From: Pecten maximus
Lineage: Eukaryota
Length of the DNA: 64,000 nt
Assembly: GCF_902652985.1 (NCBI RefSeq)
Contig: NC_047022.1
Span: 16,988,001 to 17,052,000 of the forward strand
Direction of reading: 5' to 3'
Below are positions 51,501-63,360 of the stretch, one piece after another. Below the pieces are notes generated by a model, which saw only the letters and a list, made by a program, of their open reading frames with translations, was not told where the DNA came from and did no database searches. Numbering within the stretch: position 1 is the first letter of the stretch; every line of letters starts with the position of its first letter. The position numbers were made by a program, and so were the translations under genes.

Positions 51501-54500
51501 ATTTTAACAATTGTTATTAATCGTTAAGTTCTGATAATAGAACGAATTAACATAAGAATTGGTATTGTCGATACCATTTCGGTAGCTGTCAAGAAATCGA
51601 GCTTAACTTTTACGACCTTTATTGATAGCTGGACTGTATACAAGCTTCACGTTTTCAAATAATTGAATTATTACTGGGAACAAAACGTTGAAGCACAATC
51701 AGAGACTTAGTCAATCTGCGTTATGTTAGTTAAACTTACAATACACGTACTCTTGAAATATGGTCTCATTTATAATTTCATGACTTCTCTTCGGGATTTT
51801 TTTTTTTTTTTTTGTAAAGATTTGTCCCAAATCAGTCTTGAGGAATAGAACATAACATATACATAATTCGGTTTGACATTCTTAATTCGGTATACAAAGT
51901 ACCATATCCGTAACTTAATGTACATGTGCTATTCAGTTTAGTATCTTTGATTTGCCCTCTATTGGAAAGATTCACACTCCGGTCTTTAGCAGTAGTCATT
52001 CCAATCTCAATATCTCGGCCAATCTCTTCAAGACTCAGTATCACGTCTGATTCCGTACATTTACGGAACTGATCGTGTTTGTCACTGATCGTGATATCGT
52101 GATGAACATCGTCCATAAATGTCTTTGTAGTTTAGGGATGTAAAGTTCAGTGCAATTACATGTACGAGTGCAAGGAATGTACGGTTTACTGCCCGAACCC
52201 GATAGTGGGACGCAAGGTTCAAATATACTAACAGTCAGCATCGTTATAATTCAATATTCCCCTTAAATATTTAACCAATCACATGCAAACAGATCCAAAA
52301 CCATAATTAGGCTGCATCTTGCATTTGTGAATTGTGCATAAATGCAATCTTCTTAATGATATAGGTATCAATGTTGCTATATATTTATAGGAGCAGGTGG
52401 ATGGGGAGGATGGGGTGAATGGGACGAGTGTTCAGTAACATGTGGAACAGGAAATAGGCAGAGGGAAAGGAACTGTGACAATCCAAGTCAAATGGGTGGT
52501 GGCGCCAATTGCCGGGGTAGCTCCGTCCAGACCACAGCATGCGTATTGACAGCGTGTCCTGGTAAGTGTTAGTTGCAAACGTTGAATACGGGCATTGAAA
52601 CAAAACTGTCAAAAGAAGTTTCGTACATTGGCAGGAGAAGGTGCTATATATATATATAAACAACCAAGTGCTAACGCCAAGAAAAGGTCAATAAAATTGA
52701 CACCGGGGGCTTATTTCCTTCTGCTTCAAGTTTAACATTCTTACGCAGTCTTATTATCAGTAATCTATGTGTACATTTTTAGCTCACCTGGACCGAAGGT
52801 CCGGTGAGCTTATGTCATGGCGCAGCGTCCGTCGTCCGTCCGTCCGTCGTCCGTCGTCCGTCAACATTTGCTTCAAATCGCTACTAGTCAAAAAGTTCTC
52901 GTTGGATGTTGACCAAATTTGGCCTGAAACATCCTTGGGGGCAGGGAACAGATTTTGCATAAATGGTGACTCTGACCCCCGAGGGGCCTAAAGGGACGGG
53001 GCCCAATAGTGGAAATAGAGGTAATTCCTTTAAATCGCTACTAGTCATAACGTTATGAATGGATTTGAACCCAATTTGGTCAGAAACATCCTTGGGGGAA
53101 GGGGAACAGATTTTGCATAAATGGTGACTCTGACCCCTGAGGGGCCAAAGGGGTGGGGCCCTAATAGGGGAAATAGAGTTAATTCCTTTAAATCGCTACT
53201 AGTCATATAGTTATGAATAGATTTGAACCCAATTTGGTCAGAAACATCCTTGGGGGAAGGGGAAGAGATTTTGCATAAATGGTGACTCTGACCCCTGAGG
53301 GGCCAAAGGGATGGGGCCCAATAGGGGAAATAGAGGTCATTCCTTTAAATCGCTACTAATCATATAGTTATGAATAGAGTTGAACCAAATTTAGTCAGAA
53401 ACATCCTTGGGGGAAGGGAAACAGATTTTGCATAAATGGTGACTCTGACCCCCGAGGGGCCAAAGGGCGGGGCCCAATAGTGGAAATAGAGTTAATTCCT
53501 TTAAATCGCTACTAGTCATGAAGCTATGAATGGATTTGAACCCAATTTGGTCAGCAACATCCTTGGGGGAAGGGGAACAGATTTTGCATAAATGGTAGCT
53601 CTGACCCCAAAGGGGCCAAAGGGGTGGGGCCCAATAGGGGAAATAGAGGTCATTCCTTTAAATCGCTACTAGTCATAAAGTTATGAATGGATTTGAACCC
53701 AATTTGGTCAGCAACATCCTTGGGGGAAAGGGGAACAGATTTTGCATAAATGGTAGCTCTGACCCCAAAGGGGCCAAATGGATGGGGCCCAATAGGGGAA
53801 ATAGAGGTCATTCCTTTAAATCGCTACTAGTCATAAAGTTATGAATGGATTTGAACCAAATTTAGTCAGAAACATCCTTGGGGGAAGGGGAACAGATTTT
53901 GCATACATGGTAGCTCTGAACCTAAAGGGGCCAAAGGGACGGGGTCCATAAGGGGAAATAGAGGTAATTCCTTTAAATCGCTACTGGTCATGAAGTTATG
54001 AATGGATTTTGACCAAATTTGGTCAGAAACATCCTTGGGGGAAGGGGAACAGATTTTGCATAAATGGTGACTCTGACCCCCGACGGGCCAAAGGGGCGGG
54101 GCCCAATAGTGGAAATAGAGTTAATTCCTTTAAATCGCTACTAGTCATATAGTTATGAATAGAGTTGAACCAAATTTAGTCAGAAACATCCTTGGGGGAA
54201 GGGGAACAGATTTTGCATAAATGGTGACTCTGACCCCCGAGGGGCCAAAGGACGGGGCCCAATAGTGGAAATAGAGTTAATTCCTTTAAATCGCTACTAG
54301 TCATGAAGCTATGAATGGATTTGAACCAAATTTAGTCAGAAACATCCTTGGGGGAAGGGGAACAGATTTTGCATAAATGGTAGCTCTGACCCTAAAGGGG
54401 CCAAAGGGACGGGGCCCATAAGGAGAAATAGAGGTAATTCCTTTAAATCGCTACTAGTCATATAGTTATGAATAGAGTTGAACCAAATTTAGTCAGAAAC

Positions 54501-57500
54501 ATCCTTGGGGGAAGGGGAACAGATTTTGCATAAATGGTGACTCTGACCCCAAAGGGGCCAAAGGGCGGGGCCCAATAGTGGAAATAGAGTTAATTCCTTT
54601 AAATCGCTACTAGTCATGAAGCTATGAATGGATTTGAACCCAATTTGGTCAGAAACATCCTTGGGGGAAGGGGAACAGATTTTGCATAAATGGTAGCTCT
54701 GACCCCAAAGGGGCCAAAGGGGTGGGGCCCAATAGGGGAAATAGAGGTAATTCCTTTAAATCGCTACTAGTCATAAAGTTATGAATGGATTTGAACCAAA
54801 TTTAGTCAGAAACATCCTTGGGGGAAGGGGAACAGATTTTGCATAAATGGTAGCTCTGACCCTAAAGGGGCCAAAGGGACGGGGCCCATAAGGGGAAATA
54901 GAGGTAATTCCTTTAAATCGCTACTAGTCATAAAGTTAGAATGGATTTGAACCCAATTTGGTCAGAAACATCGTTGGGGGAAGGGGAACACATTTTGCAT
55001 AAATGGTGACTCGGACCCCAAAGGTGCCGAAGGGGCGGGGCCCAATGGGAAAATAGATTTAATTCGTTTGAATCGCTACTTGTCATAAAGTTATGAATGG
55101 ATTTGAACCCAATTTGGTCAGAAACATTCTTGGCCCAATTTGGTCAGAAACATCCTTGGGGGAAGGGGAACAGATTTCCTTTAAATCGCTACTAGTTATT
55201 AAGTTATGAATGGATTTGAATCCAAATTGATCAGAAACATCATTGGGGGAAGGGAAACATATAGTGCATAAATGGTGACTCTGACCCCAAAGGGGCGGGG
55301 CCCAATAGGGGAAATAGAGGTAATTCCTTTAAATCGCCACTAGTCATAAAGTTATGAATGGATTTGAACCCAAATGGTCAGACATATCTTGGGGGAAGGG
55401 GAACAGATTTTGCATAAATGGTGGCTATGACTCCAAAGGGGCCAAAGGGACGGGGCCCAATAGGGGCAATAGAGGTAATTCCTTTACATCGCTACTAGTC
55501 ATAAAGTGATGAATGCATGTTCTAAAAACAATTCTTGAGGTCTTTCAGACCTTAGAGAGTCTGGACTTCATTCATCTTTAAAGCAGTTCGGATTCCCACA
55601 CTATAACCATATATAGCATTGTTTGAGATTTACAAATAAAACAAATTGAATATGAACATTATTTTGACATTTGGTCTAATCCAACCAGGTGAGCGATACA
55701 GGCCCTATGGGCCTCTTGTTTAAAACTAAATTAAAATCTACAGGTACTTAAAATGTTTGTGTCCTTAAATTACATTGACGACACGGAATGGTTATTATTA
55801 AGGGAGATTTAAGCGATATTTTCTATGTTATGCTCTATCAATAAAATAACAATGACCCAATCATCGTTATTAATGTTTCAATGTATCAACCACAGTCCTC
55901 ATTTAGAGAACGTGGCATTACCAGAATTCGACTGAGACCAACATGGCACACAAGTATCGCCGATGAAGCAATGGCAGTTGCTCGTCCGAATAGTGGTCTC
56001 ATTACCTTTGTACTTTTTTTAAAGGTCTTTATCGTATATTTTGATCATATTTTACCTACGTTATGTCAATTATGGGTTAGAATCATGGTTGTATTTCGTT
56101 ATCTGTTAATATTTCTTGATAGTAGTATCTCTGCTTTCACAACATATTCCTTATATATTAGCAATATAGACACTATATTTTGCATATATATTTCATATTT
56201 TCTGTAACGGAGATGTCAAAAGAGCTACTTAATTAGAATTTTCATTTTATATGTCTTCTGTTATATTTGGGATCTACAGTTGATGGCGTTTGGGGAAGCT
56301 GGGAACAATGGGGAGCTTGTCCTGTAACCTGTGATTCGGGAAACCAGTTTAGAAATCGTACATGTGACAACCCCACACCCAGCAATGGCGGTATCTACTG
56401 CCAAGGAAGATCTTTCGACTCCAAACAATGTACTTTGGCTGCATGTCCAGGTAAAATATGATCTGTAAAGGAACATCTCAAATATTTACTGTTACATGTA
56501 CCTCTATTCCTATTGTAACATGTATGTTGTCTTGGTTTTGCAATTTCAAGTTGTTGCACGAATTCGTGTTCGCCAAGTAAATCTAGGATTATGTGGATGA
56601 ACAAACTTATTCAGTTATTAAACCCAAAGTTCTAACCCTTAAATAATTCATGTTTGGCTTTTGAATAGAGATGTTTGACCCTGAAGAAATGCAGATATGT
56701 GTAAGGGAAATATTCCAGGAGAAAAATCTAATCATTATGATTTAACAAGACACAACTTATGATCTTCCTTCTAATTCATAAACAGTACGCATTCAATACC
56801 TTAGTTGAAATTAAGCAGTAATGACATGTTTGTGTTAGATAATTATCTAAATGTTTTATATGCATGCATATTTGCTTAGTTCATGGAGGTTGGGCGTCCT
56901 GGAAAAGTTGGAGCTCATGTGCTTTAGTGAACAAAAATGTCAAAAGGACAAGATGTCGCACGTGCACTAACCCTGTCCCTGAAAATGGGGGAAATAGCTG
57001 TCCTCGCCGTCGTATACATTCTGAGCGGTGTGCCATTCCGAAATGTAAGCTTTTTGCATATCTGAGCTGTATAACATTCAATTATTTAGATTTAACGTGA
57101 CGCTTTTTCAACATTATTGCAATGACACGATTTATTCACGTGATCACCAATGTGTTTTCATCTATGATATTGTTAAATCGCCCTTTTCCCAAAAACATGC
57201 GTAAGGGAAGTGAAATCATAAATGAATTTCACTCTTCAGAGACGACACATATTAATTATGCGATAAATTCAATCTTTGACTCTTTTAGTTAATGATATCA
57301 TAATAACATAACACCCGTGCATTCGTATCTATTGCCGACAGCATACGTAAATGCCTATCGAACACTTAAATAACGTGGTGGCGAACATAGCATTAATTGC
57401 TAAACATCCATTGTTTAAATATGGTCTAATTCTTTTGCCCATTAGCTGCTCTTCGGCGCCCATGTCGATGTCCGATATCGCGAGTCGCTGTGGCTAAGAA

Positions 57501-57977
57501 CATAAGTGCAGATGAATTAGTGGAATTGGTGAACAACATCAAAGAGGAGCTGAGCGTCGATGTGTCCAAACTATCAAGTAAGTATATCAGAACAATAGCC
57601 AAATGTCAAAATCTATTGAATTATGCTCAACTACAGGTGGCAGTATTTCATTAGCTTGAAAATAGTCTGAATACGACGATGATTGTGATTGATCTTTTAA
57701 AGAGTATAGCAAAACATTACAAGCTAAGTGAAAGACAAGAATAGATAATATATGTCATTAAAGGTATTGGATTTTGTTTTCAGAAACTATCAGAAAGAAA
57801 ATATCTGTGAAAGATACAAGATCGTCAGTAAAAACAATAGGAGTTCTGGGCACAATCATGTTGATCATCCCGTTGTCGATTGTCATCGGTCTTGATCTTC
57901 TAAACGTTTACAGATACTTCAAACAAGACAAGGTGGGGGTCGAACCAGGAGATGGACCTGCCGGAAGTCAACAGTGA
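48471..57977 (+). CDS. Type-I membrane protein: signal peptide, vitamin-K-type propeptide, Gla-like domain, 4-Cys module, 3x TSP1, coiled segment, TM helix (~400 aa; start exon not located)
   Basis: Exons 48471-48560, 50764-50915, 51368-51485, 52391-52561, 56280-56450, 56880-57044, 57446-57577, 57784-57977. All AG/GT bounded; intron phases 1,0,1,1,1,1,1 join them into one open frame ending at TGA 57975-57977. Confidence 0.88.
48858..49297 (+). mobile_element. Old degenerate HINE-like remnant in intron
   Basis: ccggtgagcta...tccgtc start and gtgcgatagaagtcctttacgcctcttgttt end. Confidence 0.45.
50764..50915 (+). CDS. Gla-TSP1 gene: propeptide + Gla-like exon
   Basis: tttttgcag|(V)DFFLTEKIAKSFLNHGHRVRR-GDNPRAECSETGGCSWEEVREHYGSHNAI|gtaagt; phase 1-0. 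Confidence 0.88.
51368..51485 (+). CDS. Gla-TSP1 gene: aromatic-stack-like helix + 4-Cys module
   Basis: ttttcag|IEFSREFKCGNDCQYDSFTYCELTTSSWNEISEVKYRCS|gtgagt; phase 0-1. Confidence 0.85.
52391..52561 (+). CDS. Thrombospondin type-1 repeat exon 1
   Basis: AGGWGGWGEWDECSVTCGTGNRQRERNCDNPSQMGGGANCRGSSVQTTACVLTACP; WxxWxxW, CSVTCG and RxRxRxC motifs; 171 bp, phase 1-1. Confidence 0.96.
52776..55721 (+). mobile_element. Non-autonomous Helentron-type (HINE/DINE-1-like) element with ~17 internal ~157-bp tandem monomers
   Basis: 5' sub-terminal TAGCTCACCTG with nearby inverted GGTGAGCT, (CCGT/CGT)n microsatellite, monomers starting aaatcgctactagtca at 52875, 53032, 53190, 53347 and onward, 3' CAGGTGAGCGA then hairpin AGGCCC-tat-GGGCCT, T-rich flanks; lies in the intron between TSP1 exons 1 and 2. 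Confidence 0.88.
56280..56450 (+). CDS. Thrombospondin type-1 repeat exon 2
   Basis: VDGVWGSWEQWGACPVTCDSGNQFRNRTCDNPTPSNGGIYCQGRSFDSKQCTLAACP; 171 bp, phase 1-1. Confidence 0.96.
56880..57044 (+). CDS. Thrombospondin type-1 repeat exon 3 (divergent, basic)
   Basis: VHGGWASWKSWSSCALVNKNVKRTRCRTCTNPVPENGGNSCPRRRIHSERCAIPK; 165 bp, phase 1-1. Confidence 0.92.
57446..57577 (+). CDS. Gla-TSP1 gene: CxC + amphipathic/coiled stalk exon
   Basis: ALRRPCRCPISRVAVAKNISADELVELVNNIKEELSVDVSKLS|gtaagt; 132 bp, phase 1-1. Confidence 0.88.
57784..57977 (+). CDS. Gla-TSP1 gene: last exon, TM helix and short tail
   Basis: TIRKKISVKDTRSSVKTIGVLGTIMLIIPLSIVIGLDLLNVYRYFKQDKVGVEPGDGPAGSQQ*. Confidence 0.9.
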
Positions 57978-60419
57978 TGTAGAATACTATATACCTTTTA
58001 TCGATAAAGGGTACTTGTCGCTTATGATAGGTGACAGTGATGTCAAAAGCTTCGGAAATGACATCGGCGAAAAGACGATAAAAGCATCACCATTTGTGAT
58101 ACTTAAACAAACATGTGTGTGAAGTTTAAGGTGATATAAAGATGTAAATACATTCCCGTGCTGTTTATGACGAATCACGTACGTTTGTTTTTGCTGAAAA
58201 AAAAAGACCCAAAAAAACCTGATACGTGTGTTGATGTTGAAACATAAGTGATCCGTGTGTTACTGGTGATAAAAAACTAACACGTGTGCTGTTGGCTACA
58301 AACAAAATGATTCATTTGACGTTAAAGACAAAAAACGGTATCTCCTTTCTGACAGACAAATCTGTGACTTTTATAAAACTGTATCTTATTGTACATATTT
58401 TTCTTCAAATGTAGTAAAAGTTATCTTGTTCTTGCTTATGGTGACCTTATGTGTCCTTTGCAGTCTCGGCGGGAAAATGGACCTGAAATGTGAACGTAAA
58501 TCAAAAGAAAACTAATTTGGTACTTCGGTACAAACGGCCGGCTACATCTAATATTCAAAATCTTTGAAAAAAAATAATCCATTAGGTTTCTGAAATACTT
58601 TTTTTTAAATATAGCGTGTAAGACGATTTACCAGTTTGTTTTATACTACCATTCATACATGATTGAACAGAGATAAGTAGTTTTAACGCCTTTCTTTAAT
58701 GAACATTTAATATGTTTACCTATACTGTACAGATAGATTGTCTTTTTAGAATTTTTTTTTTCATCATTTGAATATTGAAATGGATAATACAGCGCCAAAT
58801 GGTAACTTGCAAAACATGTACTTTAAAGACGCCCGTAAAAATACCGAAAGTTCGTATTGACCTACGTTGATGTAGATTTTCGCTCAACCAATCGCTTGAA
58901 ACAAATGCTAATATGGATCGAATACTGATGATATTGAAGAGTTCGAACGACCATGTTTACACAGGAGAAGTTTTACACTGACAGTCTTCTGTGGTAGGCT
59001 GTTTTTAATCGCAGATCAAATGTCAAATAATTTGTCAACGACGCTTTTGAATGAACAAACGGATATATTTGAAAAGTATTATATTAAAGTGTCTTTCCTT
59101 CGTTCGAGTGGCACTTGCACAAAGTTGCATACTTATGAGCACCACGGGGCGAAACACCTGTATCGTGTAAACAAAGCCTGTGACATGTATGTACAAAAAG
59201 GAAACGCCGACAAATTTAGTACCAAGATAAATACACAAAACTTTCACTTCTCATTAATTGGTGTTCGATGAGGTAATATTTAGTTTAAATGCCTGTGATT
59301 TGTCAGAACGGTGCCATTTTTAACTTTGAGCATAGTTTCATTACGAAACTGCCTGGCTTTTGAGTCGAATATCTCGCAGAAGCAATGCCAATTCCTCGTT
59401 CGACTCGACCGATGTGGCCTCCTTCGCTCTTTTCGAACTGTTCATCTGGTTGCCGATATATATACGACTTTTATTACTTTCGCTATATTGTCGTGTCCAC
59501 GTGTTCTCGCTGATTCCGATTTCAGTGACCCATCAGGTAATCGCTAACTCGGGGGCTGCATCCGTCATTTTCTTTCTTGTTAGTGAATTTGTATGCGCAT
59601 GCCCGTATTGATAGTCGTTGGCGGCGTTTAATTTTCACACTTCGGGTCGAAGTCACGTTTTCAAAAACTTAAATTTTCAAGAACTTTGGGTTATCTTCGG
59701 ACATTGAGTGATGTATTACGGTAAAGTTTATCACATTTACTAGTTGCGCAAAATACAAGATCCCCGTTTACTTTTATTTTTATAGCATCAACTCATTTCA
59801 ACAACAGAATGTCCCTTTAAAAACTATCATGGATATTTTGTCATAATAGAATAAATGCCTGCTGTACATACATACTTCATTTTTTATCATTACTTTTTTT
59901 AATAGCTTGTATTACTGTCGTTTGTTGTTTTATAGATAGATGACATTGGATGATAACAAATTGATATGCTGCTCCAATTGCAGACCCGATATTTTACTGC
60001 TATGTTAATTTATGTATATTTATCATTATCACATTGTAAATAAAACAGATGAATCTGATGAATATTTAATATGTTTCGTGCTATTGGTACTAGTGATACA
60101 ATAAACATATTGATTTTTCAACACATTCTCATTAGTCATTACACAGACAGTCAGCTGCATATCAAATCATTAAAGACTGCTGATAATGCTCTTTATAGAA
60201 TCGAGATATTCTGGCTGATGTATATTGCTAGTCATAAGAGACATTACGTTTATGACCTGATGCATGCCCTCTATATGATAAGAGATGAATTATGTAGGTC
60301 TGCAAAGAATCGGGACTGTTCTGTCATCCTTTACATAGATGACATTGGATGATAACAAATTGATATGCTGCTCCTATTGCAGCATTTGGTAGCCATCATA
60401 TATCCCTTTCTTTCCTATT

Positions 60420-61257
60420 AACTTTGGCGTCGAGCTCTTCATTATGTCACATGACACGTTTTTGTCCATCGAACGTAAAACATTTGCATTTTCGGTTTCT
60501 TTTCAGAAACCTCAGAAACCAATTTCAATTAAATTTTGCAGAATTTGTCCATGTATTAAGTATAGCCATACTTGTGAATTATATGGTCGCCTCCCCTAGG
60601 GGATAGAATCAAGTATTCTTTATAGATGGAAGGGTCTTAAGGTGTTTTACCAAAATTGTGAATTCCATGACCCTGTTGTTTCACGTGTCTCTGTTTAGGG
60701 GTAAACTATACAAAAGTTTATATAGGTGAATCATATGTTTTACTATCGTTTGTTGAATTTCTATTAGATTTAATTTCTAACTTGGTTATAATGATCAGTA
60801 TCGGATGACTGTTTGATGGTATGAACATGTTGACCTGACTGATTCAAGGGGCTGATGGGCGGGTCCAAACACGGCCAAATTGAGAGAAATGTTAAAAATC
60901 TTCTTTTCAAGACCCAAATAAGGTAACAATAAATACTCTTCCTAGGTGGAAGGGTCTTAAGGTGCTTTTCAAAATATTGTGAATGTCATGACTCTGTGGT
61001 CTCATGTTTACCCCTGGGGTGGAGATAAGCCTTACTATTGTTTACATAGGGAAATAACAGTTTTGACTATCGTTGGTTGAATTTCTATTGTAATTTGATA
61101 TAACTTGGTAAGAATTATCAATATGGGATGGTAGTTTTTGACAGCACATATTGACCCTGGTTGACCTCCAGCGGCTGATGGGCGGGGCCAAAAAGGTTCA
61201 AACTGACTGTATATTTCAAAACTCATGTGACCGTTCATGCCTTTGGGCCTCTTGTTT
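60420..61257 (+). mobile_element. Degenerate HINE-like element with two ~320-bp internal repeats
   Basis: tggaagggtcttaaggtg at ~60627 and ~60947; ends catgtgaccgttcatgcctttgggcctcttgttt, like the 3' end of 52776-55721. Confidence 0.6.
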
Positions 61258-61443
61258 CTTTCCTTTTAACTCTGGTGTCAATCTTTCCATTTCTTTCGTG
61301 CCTGCTGTTTCTCGTGTCGCTCAAAATATTCGTACAATTATACCATCTTCAGGATGTTTAAAACCCTCAAAAGAAAACGTTTAATATTATTCAATATCCG
61401 TGATTATCATAATTATCCAATATTATGGAGTACACTTATATAA

Positions 61444-61657
61444 TTCATATCATAGATATTATTTTCGATGACAAAGAGACGAAGACCCGTGTTTTAACTC
61501 AGCCTAAACTGTCGCATTTCGGAATTCCATTGGAAACGTTTTTAGATTAAATACGTTATTTCCAAGAAACTTTTGATCTACAAAAGAAATAAAAGCAATC
61601 GTAAGATGTCATTAATGCCGTGCTTTAGATCTTGAATAATGTTTGATCGGAATTTTG
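61444..61657 (+). repeat. Dispersed copy of 25840-26103 with a ~50-bp internal deletion
   Basis: Both read tcatatcatagatattattttcgatgacaaagagacgaagacc...aaagcaatcgtaagatgtcattaatgccgtgcttta. Confidence 0.92.
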
Positions 61658-61875
61658 TAGGTATATACTTCGAGACCCCTTTCCTGCTATATATACATAT
61701 CTTTACTTAACTTATCCTCTAGATTTCAACTTATTACATTTTATATCGCTATCTATTATTTTATTTTGCCGTTTTCATAAATAGTGTCAGTTGCCTTGTG
61801 GTTCCGTTGTCACCATACTAAATCTCTTCCCCTCCAGGAACGCCTCGTTCTATTATCCTTCTACGTTTAAAATAT

Positions 61876-62068
61876 CGGTTTGGTTTATTTTGTTTAATGT
61901 CATATGAACAGACAGAGTCACTTAAGGACGTGCCTGGTTTCGGAGGTGGAGGAAGGCCGGAGAATCCAGAGAAAAACCACCGGTCTACGGTCAGTACCAG
62001 GCAACTGCCCCACTTACGACCAAGAGGTGGAGGGCTAGTGATAAAGTATCGGGACACCACTCGGCTAA
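61876..62068 (-). mobile_element. V-domain SINE, same family as 1-195
   Basis: ggtttggtttattttgtttaa...ttaaggacgtgcctggtttcggaggtggaggaaggccggag...cggtcagtaccaggcaactgcccc matches the reverse complement of 1-195. Confidence 0.8.
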
Positions 62069-62781
62069 AAGGGTCTCCATACAAATATGTTTTTTTGTTC
62101 GTATTTAATCCTTGTCTTATTGACGTTGACTTTGTATTATGATTAATTAGTTCGGTATTCGCTATTGGTATTGAATGACACAATGCTACTTATACATATA
62201 ATGATTTATACAGCTGATATAAAGAATGGGTTACGATAAAAAAAAACGATAAATGTCTATCAACAGGGATTTCCCGGATGAATTGGGACTTATTTCGTGC
62301 ATGAAACCATTAATCGTAAATAATTCCAGTACTGGCTCCGAGTCAACAATATACAATGGAGACAAAAATAGACAAAAGAGGAGCGTTATTAATTATGGAT
62401 AATATTTTTAAAGGAATAATGACAATTTTTTGTGTCTCTACATTTTGAACAATTATCGCTGACAAATAATGATATAAGTATTTCTGTAGGTCATTTGCAT
62501 TATTAAGATAACATTGTGGTGATTTATTCGTATGTAAAGGCCGGCTGTAGTTTATCCTGGACTATTACATGAGTTTCTCCGGGTACTCACAGTTAACCAG
62601 TCGCGTTCCTTTATCCGGGCCAACGAGAGTGATTACCGTAAATTGATATAACTTGTTTTGCAAGTGATGTAAATTAATTACAGGCTATTTATTTTTTCCG
62701 AAAAATTTCCATTTATCATAATGCGACTTCTCAGCATGATTTTTTATTAAGACTATCAAATATTTCAACAGGGTCGGAAAC

Positions 62782-62911
62782 ATGCTGAAAGTTTTCACAT
62801 GGGTTACATTGACTGTTCTGAACGTGTTGACTGAATGTCACCAATACGAGAATGTACATCTTATGCATGACAAGCAGAGCACTAACTCTGGGGAATACTC
62901 ACAAAGGAAAT
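62782..62911 (+). CDS. Probable first coding exon of a secreted protein continuing beyond the window
   Basis: tttcaacag acceptor at 62771, ATG at 62782, MLKVFTWVTLTVLNVLTECHQYENVHLMHDKQSTNSGEYSQRK, phase-1 donor gtaagt. Confidence 0.6.
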
Positions 62912-63119
62912 GTAAGTATATATCTACATGAGAGCGTGGGCGAAGATGAAAATAATATCCTTCTCTACCATCTTATTTCATGAGCGTTTTATCTACATTG
63001 CTTTTTCATTTATTCACGTTTATCTGCATTATTTCAGGTATCTTGTCGACATTCGCAACCCTCAAACTCCTAAAATCCTATATATTGTCTGCATTAAAAC
63101 ATAAATTTGTATATGGATT

Positions 63120-63360
63120 ACTGGTGTAGAATTCGTGCCGCGTTCATATGGTCCTGGTGTAGAATTCGTGCCAGACCCCTGTGGTCCTGGTGTTGAAGCG
63201 TGCCAGACCCCTGTGGTCCTAGTGTAGAATTCGTGCCGGGCCCCTATAGTCCTGGTGTAAAATTTGTGCCGGGCCCCTGTGGTCGTAGTGTAGAATTCGT
63301 GCCAGGCTCCTGTAGTCCTGGTGTAGAATTCGTGCCAGGCCCCTGTGGTCCTGTTGTAGC
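63120..63360. repeat. 33-bp minisatellite, ~7 copies (CCTGGTGTAGAATTCGTGCCAGGCCCCTGTGGT)
   Basis: gaattcgtgcc recurring with period ~33. Confidence 0.92.

Noticed and set aside
52875-55520. CRISPR-like regular array
   Set aside because: Whole monomers repeat with no unique spacers; eukaryotic context with Helentron-type termini.
58820-59820. TTAA-flanked, CpG-rich DNA transposon relic
   Set aside because: Termini do not form a convincing TIR pair and no transposase motif is readable.
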